Assembly: GCF_009914755.1 (NCBI RefSeq)
Contig: NC_060940.1
DNA length: 64,000 bases
Origin: the human T2T-CHM13v2.0 reference genome, Homo sapiens
Reading direction: 5' to 3' (one strand)
The position numbers and the translations under genes are program-made. Shown here piece by piece: positions 51,079 through 64,000 of this stretch. Below the pieces are notes generated by a model. The model had not been told where the DNA came from and made no database searches. It saw only the letters and a program-made list of their open reading frames with translations. The stretch's first letter is position 1. Every line of letters begins with the position of its first letter.

Positions 51079-51628
51079 TGAGAGGTGAAGCCAGCTGGGC
51101 TTGTGGGTTAGGTGGGGACTTGGAGAACTTTTATGTCTGGCTAAAGGATTGTAAATGCACCAATCAGCACTCTGTCAAAACGGACCAATCAGCACTCTGT
51201 CAAAACGGACCAATCAGCACTCTGTAAAACAGACCAATCAGCACTCTGTAAAATGGACCAATCAGCAAGATATGGGTGGGGCCAAATAAGGGAATAAAAG
51301 CAGGCCACACGAGCCATCCGCGGCAGTAGGCTGTGGAAGGTAGTTCTTTTCTGTTTTGCGATAAATATTGTTGCTGCTCACTAGTTGGGTCTGCACTACG
51401 TTTATGAGCTGTAACACTCGCTGAGAAGTTCTGCAGCTTTCCTCTTGAAGTCAGTGAGACCACGAACTCACCAGAAGGAAGAAACTCTGGATACATCTGA
51501 ACATCTGAAGGAACAAACCCCGGACCCACCATCTTTAAGAACTGTAACACTCACTGTGAGGGTCAGCGGCTTCATCCTTTAAGTGAGCGAGACCAAGAAC
51601 CCACCAGAAGGAACCAATTCCGGACACA
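51079..51628 (+). mobile_element. LTR12-family (ERV9) solo LTR, short type
   Basis: tgagaggtgaagccagctgg...gaccaagaacccaccagaaggaaccaattccggacaca; five tandem accaatcagc units; near-TSD aagc/aaac. Confidence 0.93.
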
Positions 51629-52946
51629 AAACTATTTTCACTGTACGAGATGGGCACTGCACCAGGATCACTTTTGCTCCCTTCATTCTAGGAGTTTCTC
51701 TGTGTATCGTTTCTAAGATGCCCTCTATTTCTTTGACTGTTCTTTGTCTTCTGTGTGGATCTGAGCTTATTCTTAATTATCTCCCATTGATGCCACTGTC
51801 ACCAACCCAGTCCCAACCCTCACCTTGTCTCTCCTGCATTATTTCAACAGTCTCCAAGAAAGCCTTCCTGCCTCCAGTCCTATCCATGGCCTTCCTTTTT
51901 TGTAGACTAGTGCCAAGCAATGTAACTGAAGAGACAAATCTAACCAGGATGTTGCTCTGCTTATTTAAACCATCACTGATTCCCTGTTTCACACAGAATC
52001 AATTCCAAGCTTCAAATCATTATGGAAAAGATCACCACCTCTTGTTTGGGCTACAGCAATCGTCTCTAAGTGGAACACCAAGCAGTAAACAGTAAATCCC
52101 TTCCTCACCTCCTGACCACCCCCCCCCCTGCCCCGGGGGCAGGATACCTCTGCAGAATGGAAAAGCAATCATGTCCCTTCCTTAAACTTCCAGAGGTGTG
52201 GTATGCATGTGTAAGCATTACACATTGCAGGCTCAAGCTTCATCCTGTACAATTTGCAAGTAAAAAAAAAAAAAGGCAGCAAACTTTATTTTCCCCGATT
52301 TCATCTTGCTGCAAGCACCATTCTGCTAGGTAGTATGAAAAACACTAAACATGCCAGTTTTGATATCGTCATCTCAGGAAGTTTAAAACGGCCTTCAGTT
52401 AGTACAGACTCTTTAAGATAAATATTCAATCATCCCTAAGATTTAAACTCCGTACCAGGGCTGTTTCTTCCACACAATGTCACACGGGTATAAGAAAATG
52501 TGTGTGTGTCTTTGGATTAGAAGGAGGCCTCAAGTCTACCAGACACATCTTGGGACTTCTCTGGTTTTTTCAACAGTACAGGCAGACTGGCCCATCGCTG
52601 CTGTCTCTCAATGTTTGGGGTATCACAGGAGGAGGACTTGTTGAATTCTGTGATTCTGGCCACTCTCCTCGTGTTACAAAGTCCCTATCTACAGAGTCCT
52701 TGCTCTGACCCCAGTGGCAGTCCATGGGTTCTCTCAGAATCTCCACATCACTCTGCAGGGATCCAGGCTGCAGGGAACCCGTCCACCCGCATTCCTTCGC
52801 AAAACTGAAGGGGGTTTCCTAAAGGATGGGGAAGTGAAAATATTCACTTTGTACCACAGAAAATGAAGAAAGTGCCCAACCGTGCTCTGAAAGGCCTCAA
52901 GACTTAGCTTCCAGTTTTGTACATCACTTCTAGCGTATCGTCTTAG

Positions 52947-53272
<326 letters not shown>

Positions 53273-53799
53273 AGCATTTGTTTCTTTTGACTTCAGGTCC
53301 TCTCTGAGGACCAAAGAGCCTTCCTCTTGCCACTCAGCACTTCCTCTAGCGCCTCCAGGAGCTGGGGCATGAGGAGGATCTGTCATGAAACTCTATGGTC
53401 TAAGTTGGCCAGGCTTGCACATTGGTATGCGAAAAGGCCTTTTGGAATTTAGAAAGGGCAAACAAATGCAGAAGCATTTATCTTGTAATAAAGTTTGGCT
53501 TTAAAGATAATTGTCTTGCCATTTCCTGGAGAAAAAAAAATAAGTCATCTTTGAAACTCAACATTGAATGATGAGCTTTGTTCCATTCCATAGCGTCCTC
53601 TCCTTCCCTAGGGCAATGTCTCATGGCTTAGCTTTTGTAACACAAGGAGTGCCGAGAAGAAAGAAACTGGCTGTTAAGGGAGTAATTAATCACCAAGAGG
53701 TATTTCAAAAACATTAAACCTATCATATTTGTTGTGTGTACAGTTTGTACATATGTGTGTGTTTGTGTGTATTTGTACACAAATGGTCCATGTTCTACA

Positions 53800-54964
<1,165 letters not shown>

Positions 54965-56304
54965 TTTGTATACTGGTTGGCACTTTGTTTTTTTATCTTA
55001 AACATATGTTGGAGATCATTTCATATCATACTCCTCCTACTTGAGTCTACTTCTTTCAAAAAGGTTGTTTCAGAAATTTGCTGTTACAAACAACACCATA
55101 ATGAATATTCTAAGACATCTAGCCTTCTATATATAACATGTCTCTCTCTGAACCTCCCATCCCCTACATACACACAGACACAGACACACAGACACACACA
55201 GAGACAACCATGAGCCCCTTGAAAACAGTGACCTCATCTATTTATCTTTATGGTTCCAGAGCAGAACTAAAGAAAAACATCAATTGCTTTCTTTCAATAC
55301 ATTTGTTTTTTTATAAACATAAAATTAAAGACTACTTAGAATCCTCTCAAAGTTGAACATGGTTCAAACAAAAGAATTTGAACTTGAGAAAATCCTGCAT
55401 TTTTTTAGTATGGAAATCTATCTTCTCCACCATTCTTTGTATTCCTATTTGTCTCCTCTGCCTTCTTTTTTTTTTTTTTTTTTTTAGCAATTTGACTTAT
55501 GTTTAGCAGCCATTCCCCAAGATAGCATATTCCTCTGTGACAAGATTTAATTAAACTTCCAGCAAAATAATTAGCAAGGCTATCTTAAAAGACCATTTTA
55601 AAATACCAGAGTGATACCAAGGAGTGAATAGAGTTAACACTGTCATCAGAGATCAAAGCCATCAGAAGACGTGACTGAAAATTTAACCTCCAGCAGCCGC
55701 CTGATGAAGAGGTACACATTGGAACAGTTGTGATAGCCTCTCTCTCGGGTCCCATCGACAAATTCATTTGACATGGAAAATTTCCCAAAGGAAGCTTAAA
55801 AATGGTAAATTTCCATTAATTACATAGCAAAGAATGTACTCTTCATATTTTATTATCCATTAGGAAACTTTGGAGGAAGGTGTAACTGCCTCTTATAATG
55901 TAGACTATCCTTCTTTACTTGGGGATACTGATGAGATTAGCAAACAGCTTCTCAACTAATGTGAAGACTTATTTGGAGAAAGACACTTTGTAAAAACTAC
56001 CTTGACTGTGATGGTGGTGACCCTGGGAATGGTTGTGGTGGCTATCTTGGCGAAGAGCCCCATGGCGATGGTGACAATTCCAAGGCTATTAGCTTGGTGC
56101 AAAATTGCAGTTGTCATTAAAGTAATACCAATTCAGGACCTACTACCCTCCACCTGGAATCTCGGAGAGAATGAAAAAAGCTGAAGGGATCCAAAGCTAG
56201 AAGACTTATGTTCGAGCCTCTGCTCCACCAGTCAGTCACTCTGTGGTCACGAGGAAGTCCCTTTTCCTCTTTAAACCTCATTATTCACCTGTACACTGGC
56301 TATC

Positions 56305-56720
56305 TGGTATGGTTTGGACCTGTTCCCCTGCAAATCTCTTATCAAATTATAATTCCCAATATTGGAGGTAGGGACTGGTGGGAGGTGACTGGATCATGGG
56401 GGCAGTTTCTCATGGTTTAACACCTTCCCCTTTGGTGCTGTCATTGAGATAGCGAGTTCTCATGAGATCTAGTTGTTTGAAAAGTGTGCAAAACCTCCCC
56501 ACTCTCTCTCTTCCTCTTGCTCTGGCCATGTGAGGTGCTTACTCCCCCTTTGTCTTCCACCATGACTGTAAGTTTCCTGAGGACTTCCCAGAAGCTAAGC
56601 AGATGCCAGCATCATGCTTCCTGTACAGCCTGTGGAACTGTGAGCCAATTAAACCTCTTTTCTTTATAAATTACCTAGTCTCAGGTATTTTTTATAGCTG
56701 TGTGAGAATGGACTAATACG
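56305..56720 (+). mobile_element. MSTA/MSTB solo LTR in a MIR
   Basis: tggtatggtttgg...gaactgtgagccaattaaacctcttttctttataaatta...gactaatac. Confidence 0.92.
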
Positions 56721-57544
56721 GTGTCATACTCTCCTCCTTACCTGTTTTGCACAGTTGTGAGGATAACAAGAGATGTTGTTGATACTCAGTGTGATGGTGA
56801 CTATAGTGATTCTATACAGCAAATCCTATTCTTGTCTTTTTCACCGTCTTCCATGAACATATCCACCTACAGGCAGCCCCAAGAGATCTAGAAGTGGAAG
56901 AACAAAGGCCAGATTCTGGTTACTTTGCAATTAACACAGAGATATGGGGGCTCTCATTTCTTCCTTACAGGTCAATAGCTCAATATGGTACCTTAATTCT
57001 TTTCCTGTGTTAGGAATATATTCATAAAGCCTTATTTACTCTTTGGAGATGTAGTATGAAGTACTTCCAAACAGTACTACTTCCAATAATTGGTGGTGAC
57101 CAATTATTGCTCTTTTTATCTCTAAAAAACTAAGAAAATCCTAGTTATCATTTCATAAAGAGATATTAAGACTGGATATTTAAGCATTTATTGTGTATCG
57201 GCCATGGCACTGAGTACCTTTGAAGCCAGTATCATTATTATTCTCCATTTTATGAATAAGGAAGTTAAGGATGGTGCATATTTTTCTGCACCTGCAATCT
57301 TTTAAAAAAAAAAAATCCCTGCCTCACACCCACTATGCCCTTCCCCTCTACCTCAGTCACTGTTGTTCCTCTTACCAACATCAACTGCCCCATGAATCAG
57401 AGATCTACAGACCCTGTTCCTAGTAACACACCTTAATAAGCACTTAAACAGTCCAATGGACTAGCGCATGTAATGGACCTAGCTTGTTACAAAAACCACA
57501 ATGACCGTTTAGTACATGGTAGCTGCAATCTAGCCCTGTGGTCC

Positions 57545-57770
57545 AATTCAGGAGCTTGGAATTCTGCATTCTTGGTTCAAACCACTTATAAGAAGAAAGA
57601 CCTTAGCCAACCAACGTTGTCATTTCTTCAAGACTCGAGTTCTTCATGGAGATAACAATATATCCACTCACTGGGTTGTTGGGAGGATTAAATGGGTTAG
57701 ATACATGTAATGTGCTTCGGACCCTATCTGGTACTGTAAGCAGCCCATACATGCAACTTCCACTACTATT
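57545..57770 (+). mobile_element. MIR SINE
   Basis: gggttgttgggaggattaaatgggttagatacatgtaatgtgctt. Confidence 0.75.
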
Positions 57771-58019
57771 ATTTCCTGACAATGCAAAGCTTCTATTAAG
57801 TGAGTTTTTTTCTCCTGATGTGCTGTGTTCATTCCAGATAAACCAAATTAACCTTAGGAAGCTTATTACCTTTAAATCTTGATTGCAAACATGCTCCCTC
57901 CCCTCTGGCAAGACTCTCTCATCCTCTCAAATCCTCTGTTAATATTTCTGATTATTTTTTTCTTAAATAGGGTTAGATTGTTTTCCTCCCAACAAGCTCA
58001 GTAGAAAAATAGACATGAG

Positions 58020-58570
58020 GGAAAATCTGTTTTAGCCATTAGCTGTGTCTCTAATGCTGCCAGCGACCTCGGTGGGGCCCTTGCTGACCCTCCTTACCTC
58101 CCATCTGCATGCAGATTTCCTTTAATTTTAATAAAAACAGTAGGAGGTCAATCGACCACAGCCTGTGACCTCGCCAACAAAACAAGCCCCCAACATGGGA
58201 CTCAAAGTTCAGGGAGCTTCCAAGTGCAATTTAAAATAAATGCTCACATAGAGCTATGGTCAGCACTCGGAATTTGTCTCAAAGTGATTTGCATATTTAG
58301 AACAATATTCTCCAATGCTTTGGCCCATTGGGGAGTGATTTGCATTCAGGGAGGAAAGGCTAATATTCTAGTCTTAGCAATTATTGAAACACATCCAGTC
58401 GGTACTCTAATAAATTATCTTAACCCAATTACTAAAAACATTGCAAAACATTACTGTGCATGGAAGACCGTTCTGCCCAGGAATCTTTATTGGCAGGGTA
58501 ATTAAAAGCGTACTAGCTATGGCTTCTGCTCAAATATTTGGGGATGTTTTGTGCCATTTGAATTAGCTCT
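58020..58570. promoter_or_regulatory. Candidate conserved enhancer (OCT-SOX-OCT, homeodomain sites)
   Basis: Motif content only; see findings. Confidence 0.45.
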
Positions 58571-60659
58571 CTTGGACTGAGAAAAGAGATATCTGACAAC
58601 TACTTGCTTTATTTATCTCTGCCTTCCCCACCTCCTTGCTTTGGGGACCACTCATAATTAAGGTCCCCTTCCCACATCAATGCCACCTACAACTTCCTTC
58701 CTACCCTAATCCTCCTTGCAGAAAAAAGTACTTACATAGGCCCAGTCCCTCCCCTTCATGCCTGCTATCTTTTATCAAAGCAAAAGATTTTGTTAGCCAT
58801 TATGTAGTGGGTGCCTGCTATACATCAGAAGCTTCTGCATTATGAGAATAAATCCTACAGTAACATTTCGGGGAATGGTATTCCTATTCCATGCATGAGA
58901 AAAGTGAGGATTAAAAGGTTAAGTGAATTTCCAAAGTTCGCACAGCTGATGAGTTGCAAGATCAGGATCAAACTAAGGGCTGGTGGTTCCAAGGTCCTCC
59001 TTTCCTTCCCCAACAAGGATTTATCCACTGCTTATATGTGCCAGGTACCATGCTAGGCCCTGGGAATAAGGTAGGAACGACATCAGGCAGACTCCCTGCC
59101 CTTGCAGATTTTTGTATCCATTCATCCATCCTGTGTATCAGTCAGGGTACCTCAGTTATGCTGATGTAACAAGCCCAAAATCTCAATGGGAAGTAACAAA
59201 CATGGCTTTCTCATTCATGCTTCATGTCCATGAGGGTTGACTTAGCAATTCACATGTCCACATCTACCTTTAAAGTAGGTGGGAAAATATAATCCTACCA
59301 GAGGACTGGAAGTCAGAAAGTTGGAAATATTTGATAAAAAGCATTAATGACAACCTCAGCTCCTGTGACAAAGGGGAAGGAGTCCTTTTTCAGAACAGGA
59401 GCTAGGAGCTCTCCAGTGAATTTACAATCAAGCTGCAAAGCTGGCCGAGTTCCCCAGCACTCTACATACAAATCCGACATTCATCTCCAAACACCATCTT
59501 TGTCAGACCACAGAGACCCCTGGCATCAAACCCTGCCATGATCACAGGGACATGCAACACACACTCCCTCATAATTAGGCTCATCTTCACACCCCCCAGC
59601 ATGCGCCAGGCAGCTGGACCCTGAGCCAAGATATGAGGGTGCAAATGAATCCAGCCTGGAGCATAGAACAGAGGTGGCCAGGGCCGCTCTGCCTGTTGAA
59701 TTAACTCTTTAGAATCACTTTTTTTTTTCTAGATCTGGGCGTCTTTGGCAGACAGCCACACAGATATGGTTCTCCCTCCATCTCATTAATGACATGGTTT
59801 GCTGTAAGTTCTCCTTTCACCACAGCCTAGACACTGGGCTCAAATACATCATCTAATTTAATCTGCACAATGATGCAGACAGGAATATACTAATGACTTC
59901 ATTTTACAGATAAAGACACAGGATCTGAAAGATGAAAGAAACAGCTCAAAAAGTGGCAGAGCAAGCCTTTGAACCCAAGTCTTTGTGATTCCTGAATACA
60001 CAGCAGCCTGGAGCTGCCAGATTCTTGGTCAGGAGCATCATAATAAAGACTCTGACTCCATGACCCTTTGTGTCATGGGCTAACCAGGACAAGAGACAAA
60101 CAAAATGTTCCAGGATCCAAACCAGAAGTGACTGATCCCAATTCTAGTCCAAATCCCCCGGCATGCAACGTGAAAAAAAGAAACTAATTTTCAAGCACCT
60201 ACTTTGGGCCAGGACACCAGACAAGTCCAGACTGTGAATCCCCGTAGTGCACATGGGCTAGGCCCACAGTATCACCACATTTAATCTTTCCAACATCATT
60301 GCAACTTGAATATTTTAAGGATAAGAAATCTAAGTCTCAGAGGGGATGAGCAGCTTGCACAAGGCCATACAGCCTGTAGGAGGCAGAGCTCATACATGAA
60401 TTCTGTGCTGCCCAACTTCATGTTTTCTACTCCACTATGATGCTTGTTTTTAAATCCCAGGAGAAAGCCAGGAATGCCTGTTGGGAAGATTCCCACACAC
60501 ACGACTCACACAAACATGGGCTTTTCTATGATTGTCTCAGAAATAGCACAGCATCAACCCGGAAATAGATTTGAGGTCTTCCCCCAAGTTGAAGTATGCC
60601 TCACTCCAAACCAAGTCCATTAGTTTGCTAGGGGATCGCAATAACATTACCAACAACAG

Positions 60660-60810
60660 AAATAGGAAGAAGAGGAGGACAGACAAAAAGAAGGATGAAA
60701 GAAAAAGGGGAAGAGGAAAGAAGATGGAAGAAGAGACAGGAGAAAGATGGAGAAGGAAGGATGAAGAGGAGAAGGAGGAAGAAGAGGAAGAAAGAGGCAG
60801 GAAGAAAGAC
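60660..60810 (+). repeat. Purine-rich low-complexity tract (GAA/GGA)
   Basis: Directly visible. Confidence 0.9.
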
Positions 60811-60844
60811 CATTATCACCCTCCCCCCGCCCACCACCACCGTA

Positions 60845-61070
60845 ATTAAACATTAAGTACTAGGCTCTGTTCAGAGACTTTATGTGCACCAGCTCATAAA
60901 TCTTTCCCAGAAAGCTCCAAAAGGTAGGGAGTACTATTATTCCCATTTTACAGACAAGCAGAATGAGGCTCAGAAAGGTCAGGAATTCTTCCCAAGATCA
61001 GCCAGCTACTAGGTGGAAGAGCCAAGCTTCAAACCTACGTCTGAATGCAAAATCCATTCCATTAACCAGC
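60845..61070 (-). mobile_element. MIR SINE
   Basis: attattcccattttacagacaagcagaatgaggctcagaaagg. Confidence 0.85.
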
Positions 61071-61699
61071 TCCTGCATCTTCCTCTGAAGAAAAGCAGGA
61101 AGAGCTTCATGTGGACCAGGGCTTCAGGGGACATAACCATGCTTCCTGCCAGGAAAAAAAGAAAAAAAAAAAAAAGTAGGAACAGGGTTGGTTAGTTTCC
61201 AAAGAGGATTCCTGTTCAACATTCTGCTTGCTGCCTCCCCACCCTCCTCTTGGTGCCCCACTGAAATTTCTTTTCTGGTGGCCACATCCCTCCCCAGCTG
61301 CTCCCCGTGACGGCCAAGAGCAACTGGCATCTGATTATGGCCCCCCTCTAGAGAACTGCTTCATTCCTCACATCAAGGTGGGGCTATCTCTGTGCTACAT
61401 TTGAGCCCAGAACTCCCCAAGGGACCAGTGTGAAGCTTCTCCCCATCCTTGCTCAGCTCCTCCTTCCCCTTTCTCCTGAAAACACTCCCCGGATAAACTG
61501 CTTGCCCCCGAATCCCTGTCTTGGGCTCTGTGTCTGGAGAATTGGACCTTAACCCCACGTCTCCTGCTCCCATCTCTGCCTCTGCTCACTTGGGGCTCTT
61601 GGACACCAGCTTCTGACTTCTGCTACTCGGCCTCAGAGGTGGGAGAAACAGGGGAGAAGGCAAAGTGAGGCACTCAGGGAGCCAAGGAGGCTGGAGGCA

Positions 61700-62010
61700 C
61701 AAAGGCAGGCGGCTGAGGGGGCAGCCAGCTCGACCACGCAGGCAGTGCCCGGCCGCCCCCACGTCAGCCTGCCCTTGGCCTCGTGCACTTTGGATAATTA
61801 AGAACAGATGGCCCATCGCCTTGGCCAAGCCTCATTAACTCCTTAATGCCGTTCTTCTGGAGGCCGGATGGTCAGCCGGAAAAGCTCGCTTTGGAGGTCA
61901 TCTGATTAAATGATGCCCGGCCAGAGGGCTGCCCAGTCCCTCTTCTCAGGCTGGCAGCTGCCCCGGTTGCTTCATTAGAGCTGCCATTGTGACCAGATGG
62001 GCCAGGAAAG
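61700..62010. promoter_or_regulatory. Candidate enhancer (Coordinator-like motif, three CAGATG E-boxes, CpG-retaining)
   Basis: Motif content only; see findings. Confidence 0.5.
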
Positions 62011-62156
62011 GGGCTGGGGTGTGCTTAAGTGAGGGGAATGCGCTGAGTGAAAAGGCTTAGGAGTCAGGGAACATTGCCCTGAGGCATTGGGCAAGTCACT
62101 TAATCTAAGTCTCAGTTTCATCACCTCCCAAATGGCTACAGTCATAGCAATAACAG

Positions 62157-62473
62157 GGCCAGGCACAGTGGCTCGTGCCTGTAATCTCAGTACTTTGGGA
62201 TGCCAAGGTGGAAGGAGCACTTAAGCCAGGCATTCAAGACCATCCTGGGCAACGTAGCAGTACCCTGTCTCTATGAAAAACAAACAAACAAAAAAAATAG
62301 CTGGGCATGGAGGTTCACACTTGTAGTCCCAGCTACTCAGGAGGCTGAGGTGGGAGGATTACTTGAGCCCAGGAGTCCAAGGCTGCAGTGAGCTACGATC
62401 ACACCACTGCACTACAGCTGTATAATCACCACTGTAGCCTGGGCAACAGAGTAAGACCCTGCATGTAAAAAAA
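62157..62473 (+). mobile_element. AluJ SINE
   Basis: Full-length with an internal insertion at ~62412-62436. Confidence 0.95.
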
Positions 62474-62756
62474 CTATTTTAAACAATAATAGTTGTAATA
62501 TTTTTCTAATGGCGATTATTTTTTCAATAATAATTATTCTAGTAATAAAAATAATGTGCCAAACACTTTACATGTAATCTCAGTTACTCTTCACAACTGC
62601 CCTTTGAGATGGTACCTCTTATGATCTGTACTTTATGGATGAGAAAAGCTGAGGCTCAGAGAAGCTAAGTAACTTGCCAAGTTTACATACCTGGCAAGAG
62701 TCAGGCAGAATTTGAACCCAGGTCTGGACGATTCCAGGGTGCCTGATCTTCACCAC

Positions 62757-63065
62757 TGTTTTGGCCTGCTATAACAAAATATCATAAACTGGGTGGCTTG
62801 TAAATAGTAGAGATTTATTTCCCACAGTTCTGGAGGCTGTAGAGTCCAAGGTCATGGTGCTACAGGATAGAGGGTCCTAAACATGGTAGAAGGGCAAATA
62901 AGCTCCCTTGGGCCTCTTTTTTGAAAGGGCATTAATTCCATTCATGTGGGCCCCATCCTCATGATGTAATTATTTCCTAAAGGCACCAACTCTTAATACT
63001 ATTGCATTGGGAATCAGGCTTCAGCATCTGTATTTTAGGGAGACAAAAACACTCAGACCACAGCA
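62757..63065 (-). mobile_element. MSTD/MLT1A-type LTR
   Basis: ctgctataacaaaatatcataaactgggtggcttg...cactcagaccacagca. Confidence 0.82.
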
Positions 63066-63270
63066 ACCAGCCTGCCTGTCTTACAGGGAGATACCCGTCT
63101 CAAAGGAAAACAAGAAGCTACAAAAGCATTCCCTAGTCCTTGGCACAGGAAAAAATCTTTGACTCCCTCCAAAGAAAACTTTAAAACCCATATTCTTTAT
63201 TTTGTCTATTTTTCACCCAGACTATCTTCTCAAACCTAAAAATCCTAGGCTTATATTGAAAACTTCAGGT

Positions 63271-63875
63271 CCCCATTGTGGAAAAGAGTGTGGCAATTCC
63301 TCAAAGATCTAGAACCAGAATTACCATTTGACCCAGCAATCCCCTTGCTGGATATATACACAAAGGAATATAAATCATTCTGTTACAAAGATACATGTAC
63401 ATGTATGTTCGTGGCAGCAGTATTCACAATAGCGAAGACATGGAATCCACCCAAATGCCCATCAATGATAGACTGGATAAAGAAAGCATGGTACATATAC
63501 ACCATGGAATACTAGGCAGCCATAAAAAGGAATGAGATGATGTCCTTTGCAGGGACATAGATGGAGCTGGAAGCCATTATCCTCAGCAAACTAACACAGA
63601 AACAGAAAACCAAGCGCCCCATGTTCTCACTTATAAGTGGGAACTGAACAATAAGAACACTTGGACACAGGGAGGGGAAAAACACACTGGGGCCTGTCGG
63701 GGATGGGGTCGGGTTAGGGAGAGCATTAGGAAAAATAGCTAGTGCATGCTGGGCTGAATACCAGGTGATGGGTTAATAGGTGCAGCAAACCACCATGGCA
63801 TGCGTTTACCTATGTAACAAACCTGCACATCCTGCACATGTACCCCAGAACTTAAAAATAACTTTTTTTTGTAAA
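63271..63875 (+). mobile_element. L1PA (about L1PA7-8) 3' end
   Basis: ORF2 C-terminal peptide LPFDPAIPLLDIYTKEYKSFCYKDTCTCMF; 3'UTR; degenerate TSD gaaaacttcaggtcc (63258-63272) / gaaaactccaggttcc (63876-63891). Confidence 0.95.
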
Positions 63876-64000
63876 GAAAACTCCAGGTTCCTTGCAATGC
63901 TTCTAGCTACCTGGAACAAGGGAAAGAGGACACATGCACATCTACACATTTTGGATAAAGTTGACTAAGGAGAAGACTGAGAATTGACCACGTCTTTGGT

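Noticed and set aside
51150-51270. 24-25-bp repeats as a CRISPR-like array
   Set aside because: Head-to-tail with no unique spacers; they are the normal LTR12 U3 CCAAT repeats.
51583-52095. 170-aa ORF beginning in LTR12
   Set aside because: GTG start, LTR and old-repeat-like sequence, no domain.
60571-60853. Charged K/E/R-rich ORFs
   Set aside because: Artefact of the purine-rich low-complexity tract.
61700-62000. CpG-island promoter
   Set aside because: Too short and only moderately CpG-rich; treated as an enhancer candidate.

Overview
Primate (very probably human) non-coding genomic DNA. I find no protein-coding exon, RNA gene, CpG island or prokaryotic system. Most of the window is interspersed repeats: 22 Alus, L1PA/L1M fragments, MIR/L2, MaLR and ERV solo LTRs (THE1, MST, MLT1, MER21, MER41A, LTR12-family) and DNA-transposon fossils (MER1A, MER5, MER20, MER58, MER91). 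The only gene-derived feature is a 5'-truncated RPL7 processed pseudogene (21932-22567) with poly(A), a 10-bp TSD and an uninterrupted 198-codon frame. Three groups of observations deserve follow-up. (1) Local copying events: a ~315-bp inverted self-copy of an L1MA 3' end whose arms share a private insertion, a ~185-bp piece of old L1 copied from 5.5 kb away into an MLT1 LTR, and several fold-back micro-insertions. (2) Repeat-free islands with developmental motif grammar: a Coordinator-like TAAT-N6-CAGATG with regularly spaced E-boxes, OCT-SOX-OCT, GATA/MEIS and an RFX X-box. (3) A 188-nt pure-purine tract. Repeat subfamily names come from my recall of consensus sequences, not a search, and boundaries are approximate unless TSDs are given. 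The locus was not identified. I do not see a new biological system here beyond these candidates.
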